64,000 nt of DNA from Candidatus Nealsonbacteria bacterium. Its GTDB lineage: Bacteria > Patescibacteriota > Minisyncoccia > Minisyncoccales > MHMH01. This document shows positions 9,651-18,185 of this stretch, one piece after another. Location: contig JBDRKR010000010.1 of NCBI GenBank assembly GCA_043813805.1, positions 16,696-80,695 on the forward strand, written 5' to 3'. A program made the translations under genes and the position numbers. The notes under the pieces were generated by a model, which made no database searches, had not been told where the DNA came from, and saw only the letters and a list, made by a program, of their open reading frames with translations. How positions within the stretch are numbered: position 1 is the first letter of the stretch; every line of letters begins with the position of its first letter.

Positions 9651-10814
9651 ATGCAGGGAATCGAACGGGCATACTCTGATGTATGTATCAATGCGCTTGT
9701 GGGGGCATGGAGCGAGCTGATGGAGGCGACCGGAACGGAAGCTCTCCGCAAGGGACGCTATGGTAAGGGCGATACGCTCGGCTTGGACGCTATCACTGAG
9801 ATTACTATCAAAGGACGGCTGGAAGAATTTGATCAGCATGCCATTCTGATAACCGAAGAGCTTGATAATCAGGCTCACCGGCGCTGGCCGACCGATTCAA
9901 TCCCGGAGAGACAACCGATTATGTTTTTTTGTGATCCGACGGACCGTTCGTTTTCGCTCGAGGAGTTTTTGAAGCGTATTTCCGAGCAAAATCCGACAGA
10001 TAAGGTTGGCAACCTCATGGCAAGCTGCAAAGCCGAAGAAATATGGGAAAAAATGTTTAAGGCGCCGGTTAGTATTACCGGTGCGGCCGGCGCCATTGCG
10101 TGCGTACGGAAAGGAGAAATTGTTTTTTCCGTAATTCTTAATTATATTACCGGCATCATTTATGTGGCAACCGAGATTGATGTGTTTTGGTATCAGCTTA
10201 ACAATTTCTCTGATCCTGTAAATGAAGAGGTTACTTTAGCTAAAATTCTCAAGAAAGGGAAGAAACTGGTTTTCCCGGGCGTGCGTGAGTGCGGCTATTC
10301 GCCGGATGATTGTAAACGGTTTGTGACATTTCTGGGCAAACCGGGATATAAGGAAAATTTTGATGACAGTTTGCTGTTTACCGAGGAGTCCGGCGCGTTT
10401 TTGCATTATTCGGAGCCTCCCGGACCGTCGCGTGTGCTTTATCTTTCCGAGCTTCAGAACAAACATGGTCCCATCGGATTTATCCTGGATAACGGTGAAA
10501 AGATCGGCGAATGGATGCCCTGGCTTGCGTTTGTAAAATACGCGCGGAATGGCAACGGCGGTCATGCGTTACGGGCTTATGAAATTCCACTTGAGCGTCC
10601 TTGGACCAAGAACGGAGTGCTGATGTCCACTTCTCCGGCTTATAGCATTTTTTGCGATACCGGAGATAAAATGTATCTTGACATCAGCCGCTTGCGTAAT
10701 TTTGAACGCCCGAGCCAATTCCGTTGTATGATGGTGGTGGTTCCATATAATAATGAACGGATTATTCACATCCTTGAGCAACAGCGGTACCGCGAGATAA
10801 CCCATTCGTTCTAA
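9651..10814 (+). CDS. Divergent IMPase/FBPase-superfamily-like protein; reads as higher GC than surrounding genes and may be horizontally acquired
   Basis: ITEELD acidic motif, FFCDPTDRSFS (a DPxDGT-like motif) and TGAAGAIACVRKGE (a WDxAAG-like motif). AAGGAGG RBS is present. The gene is flanked by palindromic repeat copies on both sides. Confidence 0.4.
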   Translation: MQGIERAYSDVCINALVGAWSELMEATGTEALRKGRYGKGDTLGLDAITEITIKGRLEEFDQHAILITEELDNQAHRRWPTDSIPERQPIMFFCDPTDRSFSLEEFLKRISEQNPTDKVGNLMASCKAEEIWEKMFKAPVSITGAAGAIACVRKGEIVFSVILNYITGIIYVATEIDVFWYQLNNFSDPVNEEVTLAKILKKGKKLVFPGVRECGYSPDDCKRFVTFLGKPGYKENFDDSLLFTEESGAFLHYSEPPGPSRVLYLSELQNKHGPIGFILDNGEKIGEWMPWLAFVKYARNGNGGHALRAYEIPLERPWTKNGVLMSTSPAYSIFCDTGDKMYLDISRLRNFERPSQFRCMMVVVPYNNERIIHILEQQRYREITHSF

Positions 10815-10975
10815 GAAACGAAAGAAAGGAAAGGAAGTTATTGTCAAAGGTTATGGCTGGGAAGTTGAGCCAAACGTGGAAATCCGCATCGATATAGAAA
10901 CCGGTGCACAAAGAGGGAAGCGATAAGCGCATTTAGAAAGCCGTTCTGGTAAATCAGACGGCTTTTTGTTTTGAT

Positions 10976-10997
10976 AGAGGTTTAACCTCTTTCATTT
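10976..10997. repeat. Partial copy 3 of the palindromic repeat
   Basis: AGAGGTTTAACCTCTTTCATTT. Confidence 0.6.
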
Positions 10998-11030
10998 GGA
11001 GGCTTGCCCTGAGAGCCACGAAGGGTTAAA

Positions 11031-11585
11031 GTGAAAGAAGATATGAAAAATATCGTTAAATTTATTGTCAGTATTTTGATCTGCCAGGCCACCGGAGTTC
11101 TGGGTTCTTTTTTCACCGCGCCGGCCATAAATACCTGGTATGCTTTTTTAGCTAAGTCTTCGTTCAATCCGCCTGATTTTGTTTTTGCGCCGGTCTGGAC
11201 TTTGTTATTCTTATTAATGGGTATTGCTTTATATTTGGTCTGGTCGAAGAACTGGCATATTGAAGTTAAAGCTGAGACTGCTAATCAAAAGACATGGAAC
11301 CCGATTTCAAGGAAACTTTACACGGGCACTTGGCGCGAAGAAAATGCGGTGGCTATTTTTTCTCTTCAGCTGGGTTTGAATATTTTATGGTCGATCATCT
11401 TTTTCGGCCTGAAAGCTCCGGGTTTCGCCTTCTTTGAAATTCTCATGCTCTGGTTCGCTATTTTATATACGATTGTCAATTTCTACCGCATCTCCAAGGC
11501 CTCAAGTTTTCTCTTGCTGCCTTATCTTCTCTGGGTCAGTTTCGCCGCAGTTTTAAACTTCGCCATTTGGAGATTAAATAGTTAA
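11031..11585 (+). CDS. tspO: TspO/MBR family tryptophan-rich sensory protein
   Basis: WYAFLAKSSFNPPDFVFAPVWTLLFLLMGIALYLVW matches the TspO consensus and the protein has five TM helices. GTG start; the ATG at 11043 is an alternative. Confidence 0.85.
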   Translation: MKEDMKNIVKFIVSILICQATGVLGSFFTAPAINTWYAFLAKSSFNPPDFVFAPVWTLLFLLMGIALYLVWSKNWHIEVKAETANQKTWNPISRKLYTGTWREENAVAIFSLQLGLNILWSIIFFGLKAPGFAFFEILMLWFAILYTIVNFYRISKASSFLLLPYLLWVSFAAVLNFAIWRLNS

Positions 11586-11635
11586 TTTAAGACTCACACG
11601 AGACGGGTCGTCTAAAAGGTTATAAAGTGGTTATT

Positions 11636-11685
11636 TTGCATAGTTTCGTTCAATACTTGCATAGTTTACATAGTTTGCTATAATA
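11636..11685 (+). promoter_or_regulatory. Promoter of the HTH-GHKL gene carrying three direct TTGCATAGTTT-like repeats, ending in TATAAT 6 nt before the ATG (leaderless)
   Basis: ttgcatagtttcg ... ttgcatagtttac atagtttgc TATAAT acatcc ATG. Confidence 0.55.
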
Positions 11686-11690
11686 CATCC

Positions 11691-12410
11691 ATGGAAGAAG
11701 AATTATTAACCATAAGAGAGGCAGCCCAATTTCTTGGTGTTTCTATCGATACATTGCGGCGCTGGGATAAAAGCGGTAAATTGGTTGCCCTTAAGAAGGC
11801 GGGTGGCACGCACAGGCATTATTCAAAAAGGGACTTGGAGATATTTTCTAGCGATTTATCAAAAATGGCGAATGATTGGGCGGTTTTTGGCGGAGAAATA
11901 CCGCAGGATTTTTATTGTTCAAACAGCGCAATTTTCCAAACAAGGTTAACCAAGATGCAGGATATGCTTATGAATTACGAAAAGACAAATAAGATTTTTT
12001 CTATTATTGTTGCGGTTGCGGGCGAAATCGGCAATAATTCATACGATCACAACCTTGGGAATTGGCCTGATGCACCCGGAATATTTTTTGGTTATGATAT
12101 CCATAAGGGGATTATTGTTCTTGCCGACAGGGGATTGGGCGTTTTGAAAACCTTGAGCAGAATAAAACCGGAGCTTATAAACCACGAAGACGCTCTTCGG
12201 ACTGCTTTTACCGAAATAATTTCCGGCCGGTCTCCCGAAGAACGGGGTAATGGGTTGAAATTCGTCCGTGAAGTTATTTCAAAAAATCCAGTCGATTTAT
12301 TATTCCGAAGCGGTGATGCCGAACTTAATTTAAAGGGCGATAGCGAAGATTTAAACATCACTAAGTCAAAAATGGCTATCCGGGGCTGTTTGGCGATAAT
12401 CAAATTTTAA
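11691..12410 (+). CDS. MerR/excisionase-type HTH fused to a GHKL (RsbW-like) ATPase/serine-kinase domain
   Basis: N-terminus LTIREAAQFLGVSIDTLRRWDKSGKL is an HTH_17 type. The C-terminus has an N-box GEIGNNSYDH, a D-box DRGLG and a G-box ERGNGL. Confidence 0.6.
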   Translation: MEEELLTIREAAQFLGVSIDTLRRWDKSGKLVALKKAGGTHRHYSKRDLEIFSSDLSKMANDWAVFGGEIPQDFYCSNSAIFQTRLTKMQDMLMNYEKTNKIFSIIVAVAGEIGNNSYDHNLGNWPDAPGIFFGYDIHKGIIVLADRGLGVLKTLSRIKPELINHEDALRTAFTEIISGRSPEERGNGLKFVREVISKNPVDLLFRSGDAELNLKGDSEDLNITKSKMAIRGCLAIIKF

Positions 12411-12421
12411 TTGTAAACACT

Positions 12422-12712
12422 ATGATAATCGAGCTAAAAAAATTTGGGACAACATTGATTTCGAGACAAACGGGCAAAGAGGCGTTTGCCGCTTTTCAGC
12501 CGACATTGCAAGACATTAAACCCAAAGAAAACCTTGAAATTAATTTTGAAGGCGTTTTAACGTTTTCTCCTTCTTGGGGAGATGAGTTTTTAACCCCGCT
12601 CGCCAAAAAATTTGGCAGTCGGCTTATTTTGGTTGCTACAGGTAATCTTTCGGTGAAAGCAACGCTGGAAACATTAGAAAAAATTAGCGGCGTAAAATTT
12701 ATAATCAAATAG
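12422..12712 (+). CDS. STAS-like domain protein (DUF4325-type), probable partner of the upstream kinase
   Basis: At 96 aa it is STAS-sized. It has an [10 protein letters not shown] motif and sits 11 nt after the kinase gene. Confidence 0.5.
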   Translation: MIIELKKFGTTLISRQTGKEAFAAFQPTLQDIKPKENLEINFEGVLTFSPSWGDEFLTPLAKKFGSRLILVATGNLSVKATLETLEKISGVKFIIK

Positions 12713-12726
12713 TTAATCATAAAAAC

Positions 12727-13113
12727 ATGACTCAACTCAAACAAGTTTATCGATGCAACATTTGCGGCAATATCGTCGAAGTTTTGCATGCGGGTCAAGG
12801 CGAGCTTGTTTGCTGTGGCAAACCCATGGAATTGCTTCAAGAGAAGACTCAGGATTTAGGTCACGAAAAGCACGTGCCGGTCGTTGAGAAAACAGAGCAG
12901 GGGATTTTAGTCAAAGTGGGATCTGTCCCGCATCCCATGGAAATAACCCATTATATTGAATGGATAGAGATTATCGCTGACGGCGAATCTTACCGTAAAT
13001 TCCTGAAACCCGACGACAAACCGGAAGCGTTGTTTGGAGAAGCTTATCCCGGGCCGATTCGAATGATCACGGCCCGCGCATATTGCAACATCCACGGCTT
13101 GTGGAAGGGGTAA
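12727..13113 (+). CDS. dfx: Desulfoferrodoxin / class I superoxide reductase
   Basis: N-terminal desulforedoxin motif CNICGN...CCG. C-terminal SOR motif KHVPV...HPM..HYIEWIE...C.IHGLW. Confidence 0.85.
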   Translation: MTQLKQVYRCNICGNIVEVLHAGQGELVCCGKPMELLQEKTQDLGHEKHVPVVEKTEQGILVKVGSVPHPMEITHYIEWIEIIADGESYRKFLKPDDKPEALFGEAYPGPIRMITARAYCNIHGLWKG

Positions 13114-13174
13114 AAAGGGAGCCGCTCTCGTAGGGCGGTTTTTCTTTTGACAAAATAGTCATACAAGGTATATC

Positions 13175-13930
13175 GTGGATGAATATATGACAAAAGATCA
13201 ATTAGAGAAGCATAAAAAAGCGGCTCAAAAGCTGTGGTTGGTCAACCAGAAGACTTTTCGCTTCATAAAAAAGAATATTGGTAAAGCGTCAGAATATGAT
13301 GTTAATAGATTCATTCTTTCTGAGTTTAAAAAACAGGGGATGGTTGCTGATAAAAAGCATCTATGCCAGATAGTGGCGGCAGGTGAGAATACGGATAAGG
13401 TGCATTATTTTCCTTTAAAAAATAAGTCAAAAATCATACAACGGAATAGTCTGATATTAATAGATACTTGGGCTAGGCTTAAAGAAAAAGATTCTCCCTT
13501 CGCCGATATCACGTGGATGGCTTATTCCGGGAAAAGCGTGCCCAAAGATATTCAGAGAGTCTTTGATAAGGTTATTAGGGCGAGAGATATTACGCTGGAT
13601 TACCTGAGAAAGAGCGTAAGAAGGGGGAAGTTTCCCAAAACAAAAGAAATAGACAAAGTAGCCAGGAAATATTTTAAAAAATTCAATTTAGAGAAAAATT
13701 TCCTCCATGGGACCGGTCACAGTCTGGGGATCAAAGAGTGCCATGGTCGGTATTTCCGCTTCGGGGAAAAAAGTGGGGCTAGATTGAAGCCGAATATACC
13801 TTTTACCATTGAACCCGGGCTTTATCTTAAGGATAAGTTCGGCGTTAGAAGTGAAATCAACTGTTACGTGGATGATAACCGCAAATTGATTGTAACTACG
13901 GAAATCCAGAATAAAATAATCAAAATTTAA
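13175..13930 (+). CDS. M24 family metallopeptidase (pita-bread fold; aminopeptidase-like)
   Basis: HGTGHSLG and EPGLY motifs are present. Confidence 0.65.
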   Translation: MDEYMTKDQLEKHKKAAQKLWLVNQKTFRFIKKNIGKASEYDVNRFILSEFKKQGMVADKKHLCQIVAAGENTDKVHYFPLKNKSKIIQRNSLILIDTWARLKEKDSPFADITWMAYSGKSVPKDIQRVFDKVIRARDITLDYLRKSVRRGKFPKTKEIDKVARKYFKKFNLEKNFLHGTGHSLGIKECHGRYFRFGEKSGARLKPNIPFTIEPGLYLKDKFGVRSEINCYVDDNRKLIVTTEIQNKIIKI

Positions 13931-14009
13931 TCTGAAGCTTAAAAGTCGCCCAAAAGGCCCCTCCTTCGTCAAGACTTCGGCAGACAGGGGTTTTTTGGTC
14001 CGCCTTCGC

Positions 14010-14044
14010 TTGCGAGCTATGGCGAGACAAAGTAGAATAAATTA
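14010..14044 (+). promoter_or_regulatory. Leaderless promoter TTGCGA-N17-TAGAAT-N6-ATG
   Basis: Near-identical architecture and flanking sequence recur at 29355-29389. Confidence 0.55.
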
Positions 14045-14734
14045 ATGAAAACAATAGGGCTTATCGGGGGGATGAGTTGGAGGTCTTCCCAGGAATATTA
14101 CAGAATTATAAACGAAGTCATTCAAAATAAATTAGGAGGCTGGCATTCAGCTAAAATTTTAATGTACTCCGTTGATTTTAATGAAATAGACTTAGAACAC
14201 CATACGAAAGATTGGAAAAAATCTGAAAATATTTTAATTGACGCAGCTAAGAGTGTAGAAAAAGGAGGGGCAGATTTTATTGTTATCTGCGCCAATACGG
14301 CTCATGTATTGGCCGATACAATCCAGAAAAGCGTAAAGATTCCCGTCTTGCATATCGCAGATGCCACAGCGGAAAGAATCAAGTCTGAAAAAATTATAAA
14401 TGTCGGGCTTTTGGGAACAAGAATCACGACGGAAGAAGGTTTTTATAAAAAAAGATTAGAGATAAAATATGGACTTAATGTTATTATTCCGCAAGAAAAG
14501 GAAAGAGAAATTGTGGGCAAAGAAATTAATAATCTATGCCTCGGTAAAACAACTCCCCAATCAAAACAACGGCTTATAAAAATTATAAACAATTTGGTTA
14601 AAAATGGAGCCGAGGCTGTAATTCTAGGATGTACAGAACTTTCTTTAGTGTTGCGACAAAAAGATGTAAAAATTCCTTTGTTCGATACTACGAGAATCCA
14701 TGCTGAAACTGCCGCAGAGCACTCTTTAAGTTAA
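14045..14734 (+). CDS. Aspartate/glutamate racemase family protein
   Basis: IGLIGGMSW, ICANTAH and ILGCTELSL motifs. Confidence 0.8.
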   Translation: MKTIGLIGGMSWRSSQEYYRIINEVIQNKLGGWHSAKILMYSVDFNEIDLEHHTKDWKKSENILIDAAKSVEKGGADFIVICANTAHVLADTIQKSVKIPVLHIADATAERIKSEKIINVGLLGTRITTEEGFYKKRLEIKYGLNVIIPQEKEREIVGKEINNLCLGKTTPQSKQRLIKIINNLVKNGAEAVILGCTELSLVLRQKDVKIPLFDTTRIHAETAAEHSLS

Positions 14735-14845
14735 AATGATTGAGGTCGAACTTCGGACAACATTGCCCAAAAGGCCTCGCCCGTGGCTATGGCCGAGGGC
14801 GATTTTTTGTTTACACTGAACTTGTTGAAGTGGTAGGATACAAAC

Positions 14846-15136
14846 ATGACATTATCATTGGCCGGCATTATTGGATTTTTAACGGTAACCATTGCCATAC
14901 TTGTTAAGGTGATAGGATTGCCTGATCAGGCAAGAAAGAATTATCTTCGTAAATCTACCGAAGGTATTTCAACTATATTTTTTGTTCTGGCTTTAATTTC
15001 TTACTTATTGTGGACCGTTCATGGGATAATAGAAAAGGACACGGTTCTTATTATTGGACAAGGAGTAGGAATAATTACAACAGGCATTATTGTTTTTCAG
15101 ATTATTAAATATAGGAATGGAGGAAAAAGGGGTTAG
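14846..15136 (+). CDS. Small three-TM membrane protein (PQ-loop/LAB_N-like?)
   Basis: Three hydrophobic helices in 96 aa. Leaderless promoter TTTACA-N18-TAGGAT upstream. Confidence 0.45.
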   Translation: MTLSLAGIIGFLTVTIAILVKVIGLPDQARKNYLRKSTEGISTIFFVLALISYLLWTVHGIIEKDTVLIIGQGVGIITTGIIVFQIIKYRNGGKRG

Positions 15137-15260
15137 GCACCTTTTAATTAAGTAAAAAGTCGAATCCTTCGATAAGACTCGGGGTAGGGAATTAATTGAG
15201 AAATAAGAACCTCGTCCTATGGCAAGAACCTTGTTTCTTCACTACGCTCAGAAATAAAAT

Positions 15261-15824
15261 ATGAAATTCGCATTTATTTTCCACGGTTCTAATGGAAGCA
15301 AGGATGCTCATTGGTATCCCTGGCTCAAAGAGGAGCTGGAAAAGAGGGAATTGCAAGTATTTTTACCGCAATTTCCCGTTGAAGAAAATCAGACCCTTCA
15401 GAACTGGTTTGACGCTCTAAGGCCGATGAAAGAACATCTTGGCGACTCCATCCTTATCGGACATAGTCTTGGGGTTCCTTTTATTCTAAATATATTAAAT
15501 CAATGGGATGTAAAAGTCAGGGCCGCTTTTCTGGTGGCAGGTTTTTCGGGGCATTTGGAGGCAGAAGGAGAATTAAATCTTGATGATTTTGCCGAAAGGG
15601 AGTTTGATTGGAACAAAATTAAACAAAATTGTAAGTATTTTTGTGTGATACATTCAGATGACGATCCATACGTTCCCTTAAAAAAAGCAGAAGAACTGGC
15701 AAGCAATTTGGGCGCAGAAGTAACCGTAGTAAGGGGAGGAAAGCATTTTCAGGCCCAATCTGGATTCAAAAAATTCAACTCACTTTTAGAAAAAATTGAA
15801 GAAAAGGTGTCAGGAACCTTTTAG
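15261..15824 (+). CDS. Alpha/beta serine hydrolase, YdeN/RBBP9 family
   Basis: GHSLG nucleophile elbow, FHGSNGS near the N-terminus, and 187 aa length. Confidence 0.7.
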   Translation: MKFAFIFHGSNGSKDAHWYPWLKEELEKRELQVFLPQFPVEENQTLQNWFDALRPMKEHLGDSILIGHSLGVPFILNILNQWDVKVRAAFLVAGFSGHLEAEGELNLDDFAEREFDWNKIKQNCKYFCVIHSDDDPYVPLKKAEELASNLGAEVTVVRGGKHFQAQSGFKKFNSLLEKIEEKVSGTF

Positions 15825-15850
15825 CTAAACAAAAAGTTGAACTTTAGGGT

Positions 15851-15880
15851 CGTTGAGGACGATCCTCAACCTAATTTATA
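15851..15880. repeat. GATCCTCAACCT-type intergenic motif, copy 1, with inverted arm GTTGAGGA
   Basis: gttgaggacgatcctcaacctaatttata. Related copies occur at 23881 and 26062. Confidence 0.6.
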
Positions 15881-15912
15881 AGTTAAATTATTCGGAGCAG
15901 AGCCTCAATCAT

Positions 15913-16389
15913 ATGAAATTATGCAGTGCGTGTTTATTAGGAGTAAAGTGCCGTTACGACGGTCAGAGCTTGTTGAACGAAAAGATTTTTGAATTGTCAA
16001 AAAAAGATAAGTTATTGCCGGTTTGCCCGGAAGTGCTGGGCGGTCTGCCGGTGCCGAGAGAAGAAGCCCAAATAAAAAACGGCAGAGTGATAACGAAATC
16101 TGGCGAAGATATCACCTCGTTTTTTGAAAAAGGAGCGAGCGAGGTTTTAAAGATAGCTAAGTCGTTTGATATTAAAGAGGCAATTTTGAAGCAGAGAAGT
16201 CCGTCTTGCGGCTGCGGCCAGATTTACGACGGCACTTTTTCGGGAAAAACGATCAAGGGCGACGGGGTTACTACCGCTTTATTGAAAAAGAACGGCATCA
16301 AGGTAATCAGCGAAGAAGAGAGTGTCGTAATTGACGTCGGACGTCAATTATTGGACGGCGGATGTCGGGATATCCGATTTCCAAAATAA
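15913..16389 (+). CDS. DUF523 family protein (putative TudS-like Fe-S protein)
   Basis: MKLCSACLLGVKCRYDG N-terminus is typical of DUF523. Start moved to 15913. Confidence 0.65.
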   Translation: MKLCSACLLGVKCRYDGQSLLNEKIFELSKKDKLLPVCPEVLGGLPVPREEAQIKNGRVITKSGEDITSFFEKGASEVLKIAKSFDIKEAILKQRSPSCGCGQIYDGTFSGKTIKGDGVTTALLKKNGIKVISEEESVVIDVGRQLLDGGCRDIRFPK

Positions 16390-16417
16390 TATCGCCGAAG
16401 AGGCGGTTTTTATTTGC

Positions 16418-16446
16418 TTGACAAATTAGTAATAATATGCTATAAT
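16418..16446 (+). promoter_or_regulatory. Consensus sigma70 promoter TTGACA-N17-TATAAT
   Basis: Read directly: ttgaca aattagtaataatatgc tataat. It follows a terminator hairpin at 16393-16410 and precedes the AAGGAAAAGGAG RBS of the 16481 gene. Confidence 0.8.
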
Positions 16447-16480
16447 TTAAGCAGAAAAAGAAGGAAAAGGAGTTATAAGA

Positions 16481-16699
16481 ATGTTGGATAGTAAGGCAAA
16501 AAAGGCTATCGAAGACCTCGTTACTTCGACAGGAAGACAGGTAGGCAAGATTAACGAGGACAAGGAAGCTCTTAATGGTATCGTCAGAGTTTCCGGGAAT
16601 CCAGAGAACATCGACGGTCTGAGAAGGGCCATTCTGAAGATGGCCGAGGCAGAAGAGGCGTTAAGGGCTGCCGAATCTCGCCTTAATAATCTTCTGTAA
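16481..16699 (+). CDS. Hypothetical small protein (72 aa)
   Basis: Strong promoter and RBS upstream. No recognisable domain. Confidence 0.55.
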   Translation: MLDSKAKKAIEDLVTSTGRQVGKINEDKEALNGIVRVSGNPENIDGLRRAILKMAEAEEALRAAESRLNNLL

Positions 16700-16800
16700 A
16701 GATGCGGGGAGCTTCAGCAATTTTTGCTGAAACTCCCCTCCATGCTTCAGCTCACAAAGTTTGCGGGTTGAAAAATGGAAGAAAAAAATAGGAGAGGTAA

Positions 16801-17187
16801 ATGTATCACGGAAGTGGGAAAAGATTTTCCAAATTGATCAGACAGAAGGCCCATGCTGTTCCCGAAGCTCCGGAAAACGAAAAGCTGAATATGATCTATC
16901 TCACTCCCGATTACAGTTTTGCCCTGGCTATGGCGGCAAGACCAATGGGATTCAGTGGGGTAGATCATAAAAGGCGAATAGTTCATTATAATTTAGATAA
17001 TTTTGAGCCGGAAAAAGAGGTATACGTTTATGTCATAGATATCTCAAAAATTCCGGAAGACAAGATTATCAAGATTGATGAGCTACAAGTCGCTGTAGAC
17101 ATAGACGAGATTGTGCCAGTCGAAGTTCAAAAACACAAAGCTGGTGAAGTTTCTCAATACTACAGCATCCAAGGAGGGGAATGGTGA
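16801..17187 (+). CDS. Hypothetical protein (128 aa)
   Basis: AGGAGAGGTAAATG start context. No recognisable domain. Confidence 0.5.
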   Translation: MYHGSGKRFSKLIRQKAHAVPEAPENEKLNMIYLTPDYSFALAMAARPMGFSGVDHKRRIVHYNLDNFEPEKEVYVYVIDISKIPEDKIIKIDELQVAVDIDEIVPVEVQKHKAGEVSQYYSIQGGEW

Positions 17188-17302
17188 TCTTCCTATCGGA
17201 AGAAATCTTTTTCCCTTCTCTCCGCAAGATTGATTTTCAAAGGAAGATCAATGCTGCGGGGACATTTAAAAAATAAAATAAGGAGAGAAAAGAGAAAGAC
17301 AA

Positions 17303-17575
17303 ATGGAAATCAGCAAAATGGTAGTAAGGGGTGACAGGATAATTGTAACCGGCGAAAAGGCAGAACTCAATCATGTTCTCAGGTGCGCAGGATTGGAGCT
17401 GACCAAGCTCGAGCCGATGAAGGGTCTCGAGAGAGGAACTGATGGAGTAATTTGGGATGGAGACGGGTTAACTATTGCCGGGAAGGAAAACGTCCATAGC
17501 TTCATTGATGCCATGATGGATTACGCGAAACGGGACGAGAAGTTTTGGGCGGAAGCTTACGTAAGCGGTTCTTAG
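17303..17575 (+). CDS. Hypothetical protein (90 aa)
   Basis: AAGGAGAG RBS. No recognisable domain. Confidence 0.5.
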   Translation: MEISKMVVRGDRIIVTGEKAELNHVLRCAGLELTKLEPMKGLERGTDGVIWDGDGLTIAGKENVHSFIDAMMDYAKRDEKFWAEAYVSGS

Positions 17576-17605
17576 ATCTGAAAGAAACATAAGGAGGAAA
17601 AGGCG

Positions 17606-17998
17606 ATGGTAGTCAGGAAATTCTGGCAGGAAGAAATCGAGGACAAGGAGTATGAGAAATTGATCGTTTTTTATAATGTCGAGGCTCTGGATCGTCTTCA
17701 TGTTGATCCGCCCTTAGACAATTTGCTAATTCAGAAGATAACAACGATCGAAAAAGTAGAAGAAAGGAATAGCGAGTTTCCGGATTATGCAAACATACTT
17801 GAGGTTTCTTCTACAGTAATTCTTATCAAAAGGACCTGCAGTCTTTGCTCTTGGAAGTTAGCTTGCGAAATATTGGAAGTACTGAGGTCGGAGAGTGATG
17901 TGGATACGGACATCCCTTTCAAATACTCTCTCGCTACAGGGAGCTACAAATTGGACAAGCAACCTTTTGTCTGGAGATACGAAAAGATAAAAGGTTAG
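17606..17998 (+). CDS. Hypothetical protein (130 aa)
   Basis: AAGGAGGAAAAGGCGATGG start context. A strong terminator follows at 18044-18071. Confidence 0.5.
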   Translation: MVVRKFWQEEIEDKEYEKLIVFYNVEALDRLHVDPPLDNLLIQKITTIEKVEERNSEFPDYANILEVSSTVILIKRTCSLCSWKLACEILEVLRSESDVDTDIPFKYSLATGSYKLDKQPFVWRYEKIKG

Positions 17999-18043
17999 AG
18001 CCAGTGACAAATCAAGTCTGTAAGAATAATCTTACGGGCGAAG

Positions 18044-18071
18044 CTAGGAGAAACCTCCTAGTCTTTTTTTT
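18044..18071 (+). terminator. Intrinsic terminator
   Basis: ctaggag-aaac-ctcctag hairpin plus a 9-T run. Confidence 0.8.
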
Positions 18072-18185
18072 ATTTCTATTTATGTATTTTTGTCCTAGAG
18101 TGAATCGCCATTTGGGCGATTTTTTGTTTACACTGAACTGTTGAAGTGGTAAAATAAGGTAATAATCAAAATTTAGCCAAATAAT

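Noticed and set aside
16704-16740. Hairpin ggggagcttcagcaa-ttttt-gctgaaactcccc after gene 16481-16699 as a terminator
   Set aside because: A good stem, but it is not followed by a T-run and the next gene follows within the same apparent operon. It is more likely an intra-operon RNA structure or processing site.
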